Positions 45,205 through 57,816 of a stretch of DNA of 64,000 bases are shown here, piece after piece. Within the stretch, counting starts at the first letter, position 1, and each line of letters opens with the position of its first letter. This stretch comes from Rhynchopus sp. YZ270_cl-10. Taxonomy: Eukaryota. A program made the position numbers and the translations under genes. The notes under the pieces are model-generated. The model was not told the DNA's origin. It ran no database searches and was given only the letters and a program-made list of their open reading frames with translations. The stretch is taken from positions 186,001 to 250,000 of the forward strand of contig OZ037837.1 in NCBI GenBank assembly GCA_964035575.1, given 5' to 3'.

Positions 45205-47193
45205 TCTTTATTCTTGTTGATCACATCCATCCAGCACAAGGGGCACGGCGTGTCACAGAAGCCACACGAGTCTGTCTACTTCAGCACAGGGGCGAGCAAG
45301 ATCCACCGCGTCTATCCCACATGGTCACTTGGAGACGAAGAAAGGGGAGACAGCAAGACTCATGGCAAGCGCAGAACACGTCTTTCATTTTATTAGGACA
45401 CATACTTTGTGGTGGGAAATGATTAAAACATCTGAGACTTGTCGTTTATTCCCTTCCCCTATTATTGTGCACTCACCTCATTTCTGTAGTTCAGGCTAAG
45501 GGTTTTCCCCCCTTTTGACACCCATTTCTGGACGTTTTGGGGGTAGGAAACAAAAGCATATGACGAAACAAAAGATGAAAGAAGGGGTTCTTATTTACAC
45601 GACGTATTTGCATAACTCGTACATAAGAGAAATGGCCTTTATTTTGTCTTTTACTGTTCTGCTTTGTGATGAGAACTTTTTGGGAGGGTGTGATGAGGTA
45701 AAATGAGGGCAGTGGTCTGAGCGGCGACCAAGAGTCACCGGTAGCAAGCCTAGCCTTTCATACCCACTGAATAAGAACGATACCACCAATGCAACACCCT
45801 TCGTGAGAAGAAGAAGAAGAAAGCTCGCATCAAGTGAACCTAAGACCTCCAGGAGGGGTTTCTGTGTAACAACAACCTTTCCTTTTCTGAGTTTTATTTC
45901 CCAACCCAACAACAACAATATAGCGTGAAGACAATAAATAAAATCAAAGCGGAATAAATTTTTAGGTTTTGTGAGGCACTCAACGAGTGTGCCGGCTCTG
46001 TGGCGTCACGGAGCCACCAACACTCCCCAGTCATTTTTCCTGCGCTTCCAGGAAAACTCGCAGTATGCGACCAGGATGGGACTAGGGAGTGCAGGATTTT
46101 TGCTGCTAAAGTAGAGATAAATCAAGACCAAGACAAGCCACGCTACTGGCGCATTGAAAACACAAGGTTGGTTCGGTCCACTAAGGCCAGCTAAACCCGC
46201 AAACCCGTTTACGGGTTTGCACTGTACAAGAAAACTGTCCACTAGGCCAACTAAGGACCCTCCGCATGGAACACACTGAAGCAAAAAGGGAGGTTGAAGT
46301 ACACTAGGCCAACTAAGAGACCTCCACACAGAACACACTGATACAAAAGGAGTGATTCATGTCCACTAGTCCAACTAAGGACCCTCCGCATGGAACACAC
46401 ATGTGAGTGAGACTAGCACAGGGAAACAGTACCAAGAAATACCACACTTGGGGGTAGGGAGAATAAAACAGTTCCAAGAAAAGCTCCTGCGTCGGTTTTC
46501 TTTTGGTTAAGAAAAAGAATATCATATTACGACAGCAAACGTAACCTCAACACCGTACGCAGTAACGTGCAATGGGAGAACATACAATTCATGATATACG
46601 CCAGATACACACACATTATGAAATACTACGTGTGTCAAAAGCTCATGCATCATTCACACAAAGAAGACGGGAAACGAAAACTACAGGTGGAGAGTTTCGT
46701 TGTACATTTCCACCCTTGTATCGTGCGTTGGCACTTCCATGAAAGAACAGCTAACCACCGATAGAAGGTGGACAGAGGTCTCATAAACACAGCGTAAAAA
46801 AAAAGTAGAGTTGAAATACAAAGCCCTCTCGTGACAGTGTACCTTAGTGCATGACCGGCTGTACCGGGGGGTGGACACCCAACCATGCAGTCCTACAATC
46901 CATTTCGTGGTTTGCATCTGAAAATAATAAAAACCCCGTTCGTCTTGTTGTTTAGTTGGTACGCTACCCACGTCATACAAAACCAAGACGGAGGGTTTTT
47001 GGGACTCACGGCGAGGTTACCCCACCCTGTGTTTGTTGGACCCCCCCTGATATGAAACAAAACAACATCGCTTACAAAGTTCAAAGCAAATACACCAAAG
47101 TTTACACCACCCCCTCCTCCCCTTCCCCATATGCCCCTCTCCCCTTTCTACCACAAATAACCACCTGCTAAACCCTCTGCCCTTCACAGTACA

Positions 47194-48363
47194 TTAGGAC
47201 ACTGTACACTCGCACTCTGCGTTGCTGCTCTTCACCTTTCTTCCTCGCCGCAGTTCACTGTCGTGTCTTCTAGGTATCATGGGTGCTGGGTCATCAGGGA
47301 TGGGCACTGCTTTGAGACGCATGCTGTCGAGGAGCAAGAGCGTCACACCGTCTGTGCTGGCTGCGACGATGTGTGGGCTGGAGTAGGGGAAGGAGCCGAG
47401 ACAGTCTCCGCTGCGAGCGTCCCATTGGTGGATCGTGCCGTCGTCAGAGGAGGTGAAGATGTGCTTCCCGCAGGCACTGAAACAGGCACTGGCGGGACGG
47501 AGGTACGAAGGGAAGAGACACACTGCCTCCCCAGTGACCGCACACCCGACCCAGAGGCGTCGTGTGTTCTCCTCCACGCTCACGCAGCAGAGCAGCAGCG
47601 CACCGTCGCTCGAGATCTGCGGGGGAATCGCGAAGGAGCGAAGGTGCGGCAGCTGCACCGTGAGCAGCGTCTCCCCGGTGAAGTTGCTGATGACCATCTC
47701 AGGGTACACATTGCGGAGGATACGTGAACCACATGGCGACACAGCAAAGGAGTGGCCAAAACCATCCAAACGGTTCAGCAGGTCTCCTGAATACGAAAAG
47801 AAGGAGATGCCAGACGTCTCGCCCACCACGACGCACGCAGCTTCCGACGACACAGCCAGCATGCGGATGCTTCCATGGTGCCGCAGGCGTACGGGGCTAG
47901 GCCCGTCCGAAGTGCGTGACACAAAGAGAAGATCGCTCGAAGTACACACAACAACGTGTGTCGCAGTCAGCGCCAGGTGCTCCGCATCCCCTGTGTACAC
48001 GATAGTGGCCTCTCCTGAAGCCAAGTTGAGAAGCACAACGTCGTGCTGTGCGTACGCGATGCTCACACCAAATACGTTCGATACCACCTCACCCGCGGCG
48101 TGCACAGCATGCGCCCACACCACAGCATCGGAGAAGCGTACCTGTATGCGTGAGCCCATGCACAGAGGCGAGTCTGCCAGCAGCAAGGTGTCTGGGGTAA
48201 GCAGCGATGCCGTGTCCTGCAGCGTGAGTGTCACCGTGCAGGGCTCGGGGTGGGCGAAGCACACAGCAGCTGCGTGCTTGAGGTCGGCGACGGTGGCGTC
48301 TTCGCAAGGCACTTCAGTGGTGTGCCTCACTCCTGTATCGGGACATTCAAAGCAAAGCTCCAT
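47194..48363 (-). CDS. Ubiquitin-like N-domain + WD40-like beta-propeller protein with C-terminal CaaX
   Basis: 389 aa; ATVADLKHAAA Ubl-like helix; FSACGKHIFTSSDDGTIHQWD WD repeat; basic tail ending CECTVS*. Confidence 0.8.
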   Translation of the reverse strand: MELCFECPDTGVRHTTEVPCEDATVADLKHAAAVCFAHPEPCTVTLTLQDTASLLTPDTLLLADSPLCMGSRIQVRFSDAVVWAHAVHAAGEVVSNVFGVSIAYAQHDVVLLNLASGEATIVYTGDAEHLALTATHVVVCTSSDLLFVSRTSDGPSPVRLRHHGSIRMLAVSSEAACVVVGETSGISFFSYSGDLLNRLDGFGHSFAVSPCGSRILRNVYPEMVISNFTGETLLTVQLPHLRSFAIPPQISSDGALLLCCVSVEENTRRLWVGCAVTGEAVCLFPSYLRPASACFSACGKHIFTSSDDGTIHQWDARSGDCLGSFPYSSPHIVAASTDGVTLLLLDSMRLKAVPIPDDPAPMIPRRHDSELRRGRKVKSSNAECECTVS

Positions 48364-48415
48364 AGTAGGTGTAAAGGGGTAGGGGTGGGCTGGAGTGAGA
48401 CTTTATATTAGGATA

Positions 48416-48580
48416 TTAGGACAAATACGTTGTGGTGGGAAATGATTAAAACATCAAAACATTAAAACGTCTGAGACTTGTTGTATATTCCCTTCCCCCC
48501 TTATTGTGCACCTCATTTCTGTACTTCAGGCTAAGGGTTTTCCCCTTTTGACATCCATTTCTGGACGTTTTGGGGTATTA
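48416..48580. repeat. Dispersed repeat family (ATTAGGACA..TGTGGTGGGAAATGATT..CTCATTTCTGTACTTCAGG)
   Basis: Copies at ~1890-1999 (inverted), ~37158-37253 and ~45392-45540. Confidence 0.8.
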
Positions 48581-48646
48581 AAAAGAAGCGTATGACGTGG
48601 GTAGCGTACGTACCAACTAAACAAAAGATGAACGGGGATTGTATTA

Positions 48647-49409
48647 TTATTTCTGCACGTAAAAACGAACGTCACCTAGTCTGCTGCGTACAACGTTGCT
48701 ACACTTGTCCATTCCGTCTACTTTCGTCAACGATGTGCAGTCGGAGAGAAACTCGTCACCAATCGTGGTGACTGCTTGCAGGACGGTGACGTCGACTTTC
48801 GACAACGATGGGCAGTAATAGAAAAACCTGTCACCAATCGTGGTGACTGCTTGCAGGCCGGTGAGGTTTACTTTCGACAACGTTGTGCAGGAGGCGAGAA
48901 ACCAGGCCGGTCAGGTCTACTTCCGACAACGTTTCGCAGCATAAGAGAAAGTGGTCACCAATTGTGGTGACGCAGGATAATGCAGGAAGATGCAGTGTGA
49001 TGTCACAGTTGTCATCCACATTGGGTACGCAACTGAAACTAATGCTCATTACGTCACTACATGATAAGAAGCTTTTTGGAATCTCACTCGCAACTTTTGC
49101 CTGAAGAAGCAAGCTAGCGACCTTCGGATCCCGCACCTGCTCCAACGTTTCTGCTGTAATGTCAGTCTCACCCAACGCATGAAGTGCTGCTATGGATTCG
49201 TACTTAAGCGTATTCGTGAGCAAGATTGTGTCACCAGCACTCAGTTCTGTGATGTCCTCTCCTTCGTCCTTCCCTCCGAAGCCCATGTGGAAGCTGTCCT
49301 CAGCCAACCCCACTGCAGACGCCACCTTCTGCCGCATCGTCACCACTGTGTCATCCACACCCACCTCCATCACGAAGTCCTTCCCCAAGCCCTGGATAAT
49401 CAGTTCCAT
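48647..49409 (-). pseudogene. Ubl + BspA-type leucine-rich repeat protein, frameshifted near 48900
   Basis: VGVDDTVVTMRQKV Ubl-like start; repeats VTTIGDxFLxxCxxLxxVDLTGL split across ORFs 48831..49409 and 48647..48880. Confidence 0.75.
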
Positions 49410-50306
49410 TTTATGTGTCTCTTGATGTATCTCTGCGGGTGGGTTATTGGGTAAGGAAGATCACGGCTCCTCGAAGTGTCACGCTATTGCTCCCAGGCGG
49501 TTCCCACCAGGGAAGCAGGACGGAACCACCCTGCACCTGTTTGTCATATTGTTTCCCGTGCAAAGCTTTTGATAAAAATTAGCGAGATACAAAAACCAGC
49601 GCGTGTGGAAGAAAAAAGGAGAGGAAGATATTTTTGCTGATTCAAAGTGATGTTTACGTTTTGGGTACGGGGCGGAGAATAAAATCTGTTCGATAAAAGA
49701 AACGCGAGCTTATTGTTTTATCTTGTTCAAACACAAAAAAAGACACTAAAATAGTTGCACCAACCAATTACAGAAAATCGTGCAGTTTAGGGGGATTGCC
49801 TCATAATCGAGGCCAGAAATGATTAAGATATTCTTTTCAATCGAAAGATGGAGTTTTCCACCAGCGTCGTCTCCTCTTTTTTTGTCTTTATTTTTTGTCT
49901 TTATTTTTTGTCTTTATTTTTTTGTTTTTTTTTGCAACTGAACAAACAGGGTACAGCCAGAAAAACTATTTTAGTCCTACTGCGAAGTCCCAGTAGGGGG
50001 CAAAAAGAGAGACCCTGTATGAAACGCATGAGGTTCTCGCTACGCAGAGGGTGCAATAGAAACGTAACACTCACCCACACGATAAAACCCATGGGAGAGG
50101 TTGTGGTGAAACGCACACACCCTCGACCTGTTTGGTGAGGATGTGGCTCTGCAGCGCGGTTCGTCCCTAGAACCGCAAAAGTGTGTCCAAAATGCTTTCT
50201 ACTTCCTCCTTCATTTCATGAGGTGACAAAAAGAAAAACGGTAACGGTACAGGGCCACTATCTCATCACACCACACACCCCTTCACCTTCCCCCCTACAC
50301 CCCACC

Positions 50307-51068
50307 CTAGTCTGCACACACCAGCATCATCGTCTCCGCCTCTTCCACGACGAGCCCCACCTCCGGTCCTGCGTCGAAGGCTACGTTTGAAGCCACACCA
50401 CCCACACCACCCACCCCACCCACACCACCCACAACACCCACCCCACCCACACCGCCCATCTCCGCTCCCCCCCAGATGCGTGCCTGCTGTGTACAGGCTG
50501 TCTGGATGAGGATGTCGTCTGTGTACCGTACAGGGGTGGTGGTGAAGAGATTGAGGAAGACTGTCGTCACCCAAGCTGCGTGCGCCAGGAATGCAGACGC
50601 CTGGAGAACCCAGACGTATGCAATGAGGGCAGCTGCGTCCAAAGGAAGGCTTGCGGCAGGCCCGCTTTGCGCCATGCGCACTCCAGCAAAGCCCATCACA
50701 GTAAGCGGGATGCATAATGTCAAAGGCAAGAGAAGCACTCCCCACTCCGCACGTTCCTGCCTGCGGCAGCACATTACTGAAAGCAGGCAGAACAGATGCG
50801 GCAACACGACAACCATGTTGACAGCGACCCCTATCACCAGAAGACGCAGACCCCGCAAAAACATGTCACAATGGTCCACTCTCGTGCAGGTCGCTGAGGC
50901 TCGCCCGACGCGCAGTACCTCAGCAACTGTCTCCCCTTGGTATCCAAACCCTCCCTCAAAAAACACTGCGCCTGCGATCGACACAGTCAAGCACACCCCA
51001 CACTGTGCCAGCAGCATGCCCCATGAGGGCCTTCGGAGCACGTCCTCCCAAGCAGTGCCGCGAATCAT
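50307..51068 (-). CDS. Hypothetical ~4TM membrane protein with GGV-repeat tail
   Basis: 253 aa ATG-initiated ORF, four hydrophobic segments, same strand and composition as neighbours. Confidence 0.6.
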   Translation of the reverse strand: MIRGTAWEDVLRRPSWGMLLAQCGVCLTVSIAGAVFFEGGFGYQGETVAEVLRVGRASATCTRVDHCDMFLRGLRLLVIGVAVNMVVVLPHLFCLLSVMCCRRQERAEWGVLLLPLTLCIPLTVMGFAGVRMAQSGPAASLPLDAAALIAYVWVLQASAFLAHAAWVTTVFLNLFTTTPVRYTDDILIQTACTQQARIWGGAEMGGVGGVGVVGGVGGVGGVGGVASNVAFDAGPEVGLVVEEAETMMLVCAD

Positions 51069-51876
51069 GGGTGGTTGTGACGAAGGAACGTACAGTGTCT
51101 AGGTAGATCCGGATACGGAGAAACTAAAGCTGTTTAGGATTTGTAATATGAAGCGGAAGCGCTTTGAGTCAGTTCTTGGAGAGGTTGTGTCCGGGGAAAT
51201 TGTGCGAAGTCAAAAACAGATGCACCGTGGGCATGTTGTAAGACAAAACAAAACAGAAATACTACGGTGTCAATAACTATCTTCGCCCACACAGGAAAAC
51301 GGGAAACGAAACAGGGGGAGAGTTTGTTAGTTGTACGCTTCCACCTTTTTTTTTTTTTGAAAACTGAATGTTTACAAAAACAGAGCCAAATAGAAAAGGT
51401 AAGAAAATGAAAGTCCTGAAGTACAGAAAGTGATGTGTGAGAAGGGAGGAGCACAAGTGAGGGTGAAAACAGTTAGAGCGACCGTAGCATTTCCCCTGTC
51501 AACTGCGTTTGACCTATAAAATAAAAAATGTGGTAGAGCTCCTTTGTCCTGCAATGGGGGCGTGGAGGGGTGTGGGAGTGGTTGTGGTGACGACGTTTCG
51601 TAGAGAAGAACAGATAGAAAAATTGCTCGTTGTCGAATATCAAATGTTTGCTCGCTTTATTGTAGGATTTATTCGCATTGTATGCATGCTTTGTGTAGAT
51701 ATTGTCATTATGAAAAAAAAATTTATGTTGTACATCGATCGCACACTCAGTCTCTACACGTCTTGTAAAAAACAGTGCTCGAGGTGCACAAATACATCAG
51801 GAAGCACCTGTTGTGCCCCATACACACAGAGGATGTAACTGCCAACAGCGAAGTCCAGGTAGTCGGAAGAGCACAA

Positions 51877-53955
51877 CTAAAACACATTGCTGTGTTCCCT
51901 GTTGTCTTGTGCCTCAAGCACCCGGTAACAACCCTTGTGTTGCACAAGAACGTCTTCAAGTGCAGACGGCAGTGTTGTCCCTTCAGGAGGCTCGTACAGA
52001 CACACAACCCCGTCACGCACAGCCTCCTCGCACAGCGCCCAACTCCGACGCACAACATCCCCCATCACAGTCACAAAGCGCTGGCTCCGTGCACCAACAT
52101 CCCCGTGCTGCACAAGGCCGCTTGCAAGACCAGCACCGTTCAGTGCAGACTTCACAGACATGCGTTGCACAAACCGTATCGCGTTCTCCATGTGTGCAGG
52201 TGCAGAACGCGACACGTTCCACCCAACACACACACAGTTCCCAAGCAGCGTCACCAGACTCCCTCCACTCTGCTCCAGTGCCGTCGTCAGTGTCACGAGT
52301 CGTGAGCTCATCTGGTGAAAGGCTATGTTTTGTCCCACGTCACCAACTGCAAGCTGTGCAACTCCCAGTGTGCCGGAGGTCTGACGTGTGGAGACTGCAA
52401 TGTTGATTGCGGATGAAACAGACGATGCACATGTGGAAATAGTCATTGTATTGTGTTGATCAGCAGTTGGTGAAGAAGACTCGCAAAGTGGTGTTTCCCT
52501 TCGTCCCCCAAGTGAGACAGGCCACACACAGCACACCAACGTGTTCCCAGACACACCCTTCAAGTGAACTGCCTCTGGCACACCAGCAACAGCACTGCAC
52601 GACCCAGAGACAGACGTCCACAGGTCAGAGGGAACAGCCACAGCACCAGGTGTGCATGTGCTCTCAAGGCGTGATGCAACGTTCACTGTGTGTCCGAAGT
52701 AGTCTGTCCGTCCCGTCAGTGTGTTCTGCTCCACAGTCACAGGGCCAGTGTTCACACCAATGCGCACAGTCAGACCACCCCACAGCGACCCCTGACGAGA
52801 ACAGATGGGTGCATCCTCAAGCAGAGATGCAGGCCAGTCTGCTTCGAAAAGACGTTCCTGCACACGCAACCCAAACGCCACACCGTCGAAAGTGGATGCA
52901 AAGGCAATCATGAATGCGTCGCCAATGGTCTTCACCTCGTACCCACCACACATCCGCATCACATCACGCATCACAGTGTTGTGGATCTGCAGTCCAGCAC
53001 GCATCCCCTCAGGTGTGTTCTCCCAGATCGACGTTGACGCACGGATATCTGTGAACACAATCGTTGCTGTCTCGCTGTCAAGCCCAGGCGGTGCCACAGT
53101 CGGCTGCTGCACACCGTCCTCATCCACCTCAAACAGCGCAGCAGGGAGGTACGGACGGTACTTCCGCAGGTTCTCCTCCAAGTTCCGCAGTGCTGCTGTC
53201 ATCCCCTCAGGCAGGTCACCCTCATGCGCCTTCAGCAGCTCCGCCACCTGCTCCACGTCGTAGCCAGCCAGGAGTGCTGCAATTTCCTGCACAGCGTTGA
53301 TCGTCCGCTCCATTGATGCCTGCTCCTTCAGGAGACCACGTGCAAAGCCTCGTGTTGCGATGAAGTCGATGACAAACACACTCAAAGCAGTGCTCTGTTG
53401 GCTAAAGCCGTAGACCGTGGGGCAGGGGAGGTCTGTGCACTGATTTAATTTGTCCATGTGGACTGCCCTCTCCTCCTGTGGAAGGATACCAGGGATGTCG
53501 AGGATGCCAAACCTGAAGAATTCTTCCGCACCCATGACAACGAAGTACACCACTGAGACACAAACGACATACATGCTGTGGCGTGCGGGTACCTCCATCA
53601 CAAGGAGGAAGTCCACCACAAGCACGAGCAACGGCCATGAAGTGTTGCCAAAAGCACGGGAGGTGACGTCAGTACCAAAAGTTGCAAGAACGTAGCTGTA
53701 GGCGATGAACACTATTGCGGGTGTGGTGAGCTTGACTTTGCAGAGCACCAGTATAGTGGCGTAGATAGCTGCAGCGACTCTGAGCACAGTTGTTGCACAA
53801 TATAAGTACCGCCCTCGTGGGTCAGACAAGGCTTCGTAAAATCCAGTCGTCGTAAAAAAGACTGCAATGTTCAAGACGAAGAACAACTTCCGCTTGTGTG
53901 TGTCCTTCTTGTCCAGTGTCCCATCCAGCGACAGCACAGCATCCAGACAGCGCAT
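51877..53955 (-). CDS. ~6TM receptor-type adenylate cyclase
   Basis: First ATG 53955 (MRCLD); intact catalytic motifs. Confidence 0.92.
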   Translation of the reverse strand: MRCLDAVLSLDGTLDKKDTHKRKLFFVLNIAVFFTTTGFYEALSDPRGRYLYCATTVLRVAAAIYATILVLCKVKLTTPAIVFIAYSYVLATFGTDVTSRAFGNTSWPLLVLVVDFLLVMEVPARHSMYVVCVSVVYFVVMGAEEFFRFGILDIPGILPQEERAVHMDKLNQCTDLPCPTVYGFSQQSTALSVFVIDFIATRGFARGLLKEQASMERTINAVQEIAALLAGYDVEQVAELLKAHEGDLPEGMTAALRNLEENLRKYRPYLPAALFEVDEDGVQQPTVAPPGLDSETATIVFTDIRASTSIWENTPEGMRAGLQIHNTVMRDVMRMCGGYEVKTIGDAFMIAFASTFDGVAFGLRVQERLFEADWPASLLEDAPICSRQGSLWGGLTVRIGVNTGPVTVEQNTLTGRTDYFGHTVNVASRLESTCTPGAVAVPSDLWTSVSGSCSAVAGVPEAVHLKGVSGNTLVCCVWPVSLGGRRETPLCESSSPTADQHNTMTISTCASSVSSAINIAVSTRQTSGTLGVAQLAVGDVGQNIAFHQMSSRLVTLTTALEQSGGSLVTLLGNCVCVGWNVSRSAPAHMENAIRFVQRMSVKSALNGAGLASGLVQHGDVGARSQRFVTVMGDVVRRSWALCEEAVRDGVVCLYEPPEGTTLPSALEDVLVQHKGCYRVLEAQDNREHSNVF

Positions 53956-55751
53956 TGTGTTCGTGTGTTCTTGTGGAAACAAATGTGTTCAGAACGGAAA
54001 AGACACCCCCCACCACCCAAAAGCTGTGACTGTGTAGTGTGTTCTATTGAAGTCCCAACCCCTCTCGTGACTGACAACCTTCGCACTGACACATTATACA
54101 TGTGTTAATTTGCGTAAGGGTTCTATCGGCAAAACTGGAGTTTTACATCAAAAACTGGGATTTTCATTTTGGGTGGTTTTTTGAGCCCGCACCCTGCTAT
54201 ATAGGATGGAAAACGCAATTCTGGGGAGTGAGAACCATGTGAAGGCAACATAGGGTGCCGTTTGTGGGCAAAAACGACCCAAAAACCCACGGACAAGGTT
54301 CTTATCTAGCTTACGATGCGTTCTGATCTATGATATTGTACGCCGTTCGTTCCTGCTCATCAACCACACGAGCAAGCTGGGACGGAGTGCAGTATCTGTG
54401 CTCAGATCAGTTTGGAATTTATCCCGACATCTCTTATGATGTCCCAACTGAGTATTGACACCACTCACGTGCAATGTGTTTTCATTGTATACCCCGGGGC
54501 CGGGTGTACCTCAAGGTAAAAAGAAACCTGCCCCTCTTGTTGACCTGAAGATGAACTCCACACTACATTAAAACTAGACCCCTTTTATACATTATATTAT
54601 ACCCTCCTTTAATTTCACCATGAGGAGTGACGAAGAACAGATGGAAAAATGCTCGTACGATATCAAATATTGCCTTTGCTATGTTTAGCTTTAATCGCAT
54701 TGCGTGCACGCCTTTGCTGTACTGAAAATAATAAAACCTACATTCTCGAACCTTTTCTCCCAAAGTGATTTTCATTGGACGCATCCCCAGAACAAAGACA
54801 GGAGACATTCCGCTACACGCTAATGTGCGCCATTTTGCTGCTACTGTGTGCAGTAACTGCATGCTGTGCCAGTAAAGAATAGGCGCAGCGGTGTGTAATA
54901 TAGGGTGCAAACAGTGCGCCGCACAACCGGCCGCACTGAGCGTTAAAATAGGTAGTAACAGTGTATCCGCAAAGAATACGCAAATCTGTGTGATAAAAGG
55001 AAGCAACAGTGCGCAGAGAGGCTTCACAAGAGCGCCATACAAAGAGCCACAGGTGCCTGCTTTCTTTTTCATTTTATTTCTAAACGAGAAACGCATATTG
55101 TATTTTGGCCCCCCTCTGTGAGTATTGATTAAATTGAAAGAGGGAAGCACGAAGGGCAACGAAAGGGAAACAATGAACATTAAACAAGACAACACACACA
55201 CTATTACAATCATTGGATCCGAACGAGACCAATCATTTCGGTTTGTCTTATTTTATTGCAAACTGTACACGTACCGCTTGGTCTGTTGCATCCACAATGC
55301 TAAATGTACACACTCTGTTGCTTCTAAAAACGGGGGTGGGAAAAATCACGAATAGAAAAATGGCGAGATATTGAAAAGTTGGAACGCTTTCTCACCCAGA
55401 TCACACCCTTGTTCGAAACAGTTCTATACTGAACTGAGAGAAAGAAGAAACCCCAACCCCTCCCAGACCAAACGGTCTAACCTGTTGTATTGACATAGTG
55501 TGGGGAGAATGAGGAGCACAGGAATCGTCTTCGCGCATACTAAAAGATTTCCTACGATATGTCACAAGGGTCATGTCCCCAAAAAAACAAATAAAACCCA
55601 TGCAGGGAATCGATCGCACACTCAGTCTCTGCACGTCTTGTAAAAAACAGTGCTCGAGCTGCACAAATACATCAGGAAGCACCTGTTGTGCCCCATACAC
55701 ACAGAGGATGTAACTGCCAACAGCGAAGTCCAGGTAGTCGCAAGAGCACAA

Positions 55752-57816
55752 CTAAAACACGTTGCTGTGTTCCATGTTGTCCTGTGCCTCAAGCACCCGG
55801 TAATAACCCTTGTGTTGCACAAGAACGTCTTCAAGTGCAGACGGCAGTGTTGTCCCTTCAGGAGGCTCGTACAGACACACAACCCCGTCACGCACAGCGC
55901 GCCCAACTCCGACGCACAACATCCCCCATCACAGTCACAAAGCGCTGGCTCCGTGCACCAACATCCCCGTGCTGCACAAGGCCGCTTGCAAGACCAGCAC
56001 CGTTCAGTGCAGACTTCACAGACATGCGCTGCACAAACCGTATCGCGTTCTCCATGTGTGCAGGTGCAGAACGCGACACATTCCACCCAACACACACACA
56101 GTTCCCAAGCAGCGTCACCAGACTCCCTCCACTCTGCTCCAGTGCCGTCGTCAGTGTCGTGAGTCGTGAGCTCATCTGGTGAAAGGCCGTGTTTTGTCCC
56201 ACGTCACCAACTGCAAGCTGTGCAACTCCCAGTGTGCCCGAGGTCTGACGTGTGGAGACTGCAATATTCTTTGTGGATGAAACAGACGACGCACATGTGG
56301 AAAAAGTAGGTTTCAGAGTCCCAGTTGGTGAAGAAGACTCGCAAAGTGGTGTTTCCTTTCGTCCCCCAAGTGAGACAGGCCACACACAGCACACCAACGT
56401 GTTCCCAGACACACCCTTCAAGTGAACTGCCTCTGGCACACCAGCAACAGCACTGCACGACTCAGAGACAGACGTCCACAGGTCAGAGGGAACAGCCACA
56501 GCACCAGGCGTGCATGTGCTCTCAAGGCGTGATGCAACGTTCACTGTGTGTCCAAGATAGTCTGTCCGTCCCGTCAGTGTGTTCTGCTCCACAGTCACAG
56601 GGCCAGTGTTCACACCAATGCGCACAGTCAGACCACCCCACAGCGACCCCTGACGAGAACAGATGGGTGCATCCCCAAGCAGAGATGCAGGCCAGTCTGC
56701 TTCGAAAAGACGTTCCTGCACACGCAACCCAAACGCCACACCGTCGAAAGTGGATGCAAAGGCAATCATGAATGCGTCGCCAATGGTCTTCACCTCGTAC
56801 CCACCACACATCCGCATCACCTCACGCATCACAGCGTTGTGGATCTGCAGTCCAGCACGCATCCCCTCAGGTGTGTTCTCCCAGATCGACGTTGACGCAC
56901 GGATGTCTGTGAACACAATTGTTGCTGTCTCGCTGTCAAGCCCAGGCGGTGCCACAGTCGGCTGCTGCACACCGTCCTCATCCACTTCAAACAGCGCAGC
57001 AGGGAGGTACGGACGGTACTTCCGCAGGTTCTCCTCCAAGTTCCGCAGTGCCGCTGTCATCCCCTCAGGCAGGTCACCCTCATGCGCCTTCAGCAGCTCC
57101 GCCACCTGCTCCACGTCGTAGCCAGCCAGGAGTGCTGCAATTTCCTGCACAGCGTTGATCGTCCGCTCCATTGATGCCTGCTCCTTCAGGAGACCACGTG
57201 CAAAGCCTCGTGTTGCGATGAAGTCGATGACAAACACACCCACACCTATGATCTGCCGGTTCAAAGCAGTGTTCCTGGTGGGGCAGGGGAGGTCTGTACA
57301 CTGATGTGCTCTCTCCATGAGTGCTGCCCTCTCCTCCTGTGGAAGGATACCAGGGATGTCGAGGATGCCAAACCTGAACAATTCTTCTGCACCCATGACA
57401 ACGAAGTACACCACTGCGACACAGACGACACACATGCTGTAGCGTGCGGGCACCTCCATCACAAGGAGGAAGTCCACCACAAGCACGAGCAACGGCCATG
57501 AAGCGTCGCCAAAAGCACGGGAAGTGATGTCAGCACTAAAAGTTCCGATAGCGTATACGGAGGCGATGAACACTATTGCGGGTGTGGTCAGCTTGACTTT
57601 GCAGAGCACCAGTGTAGTGGCGTATATAGCTACTGAGATTGTGAGCAGACATGTTACAATATATATGCTACGCCCTCGTGGGTCGGACAAGGCTTCTACA
57701 AAGCCAGTCATCATCAACAAGACTGACACGTTAAAGATGAAGAACAACCTACGCTTGTGTGTGTCCTTCTTGCCCAGTGTCCCATCCAGCGACAGCACAG
57801 CATCCAGACAGCGCAT
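55752..57816 (-). pseudogene. ~6TM adenylate cyclase with 11-nt deletion near 55898 truncating the last ~50 aa
   Basis: CTCCTCGCACA missing versus paralogs; 2065+11=2076 nt equals the 59697..61772 length; ORF ends prematurely at 55888. Confidence 0.75.

Noticed and set aside
44886..45422. ORFs with LLFVVCC / NNKQQTT repeats
   Set aside because: Translation of the heptamer microsatellite
46178..46400. Repeated CACTAGGCCAACTAAG motif with spacers
   Set aside because: Only about four degenerate copies, with partly duplicated spacers; ordinary decayed tandem repeat
47435..48382. 315 aa plus-strand ORF
   Set aside because: Antisense to the WD40 gene with no recognisable motifs
54563..55213. 216 aa minus-strand ORF
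   Set aside because: Patchwork of dispersed intergenic repeats with no clear domain; a decayed gene fragment at ~54800-55050 cannot be excluded
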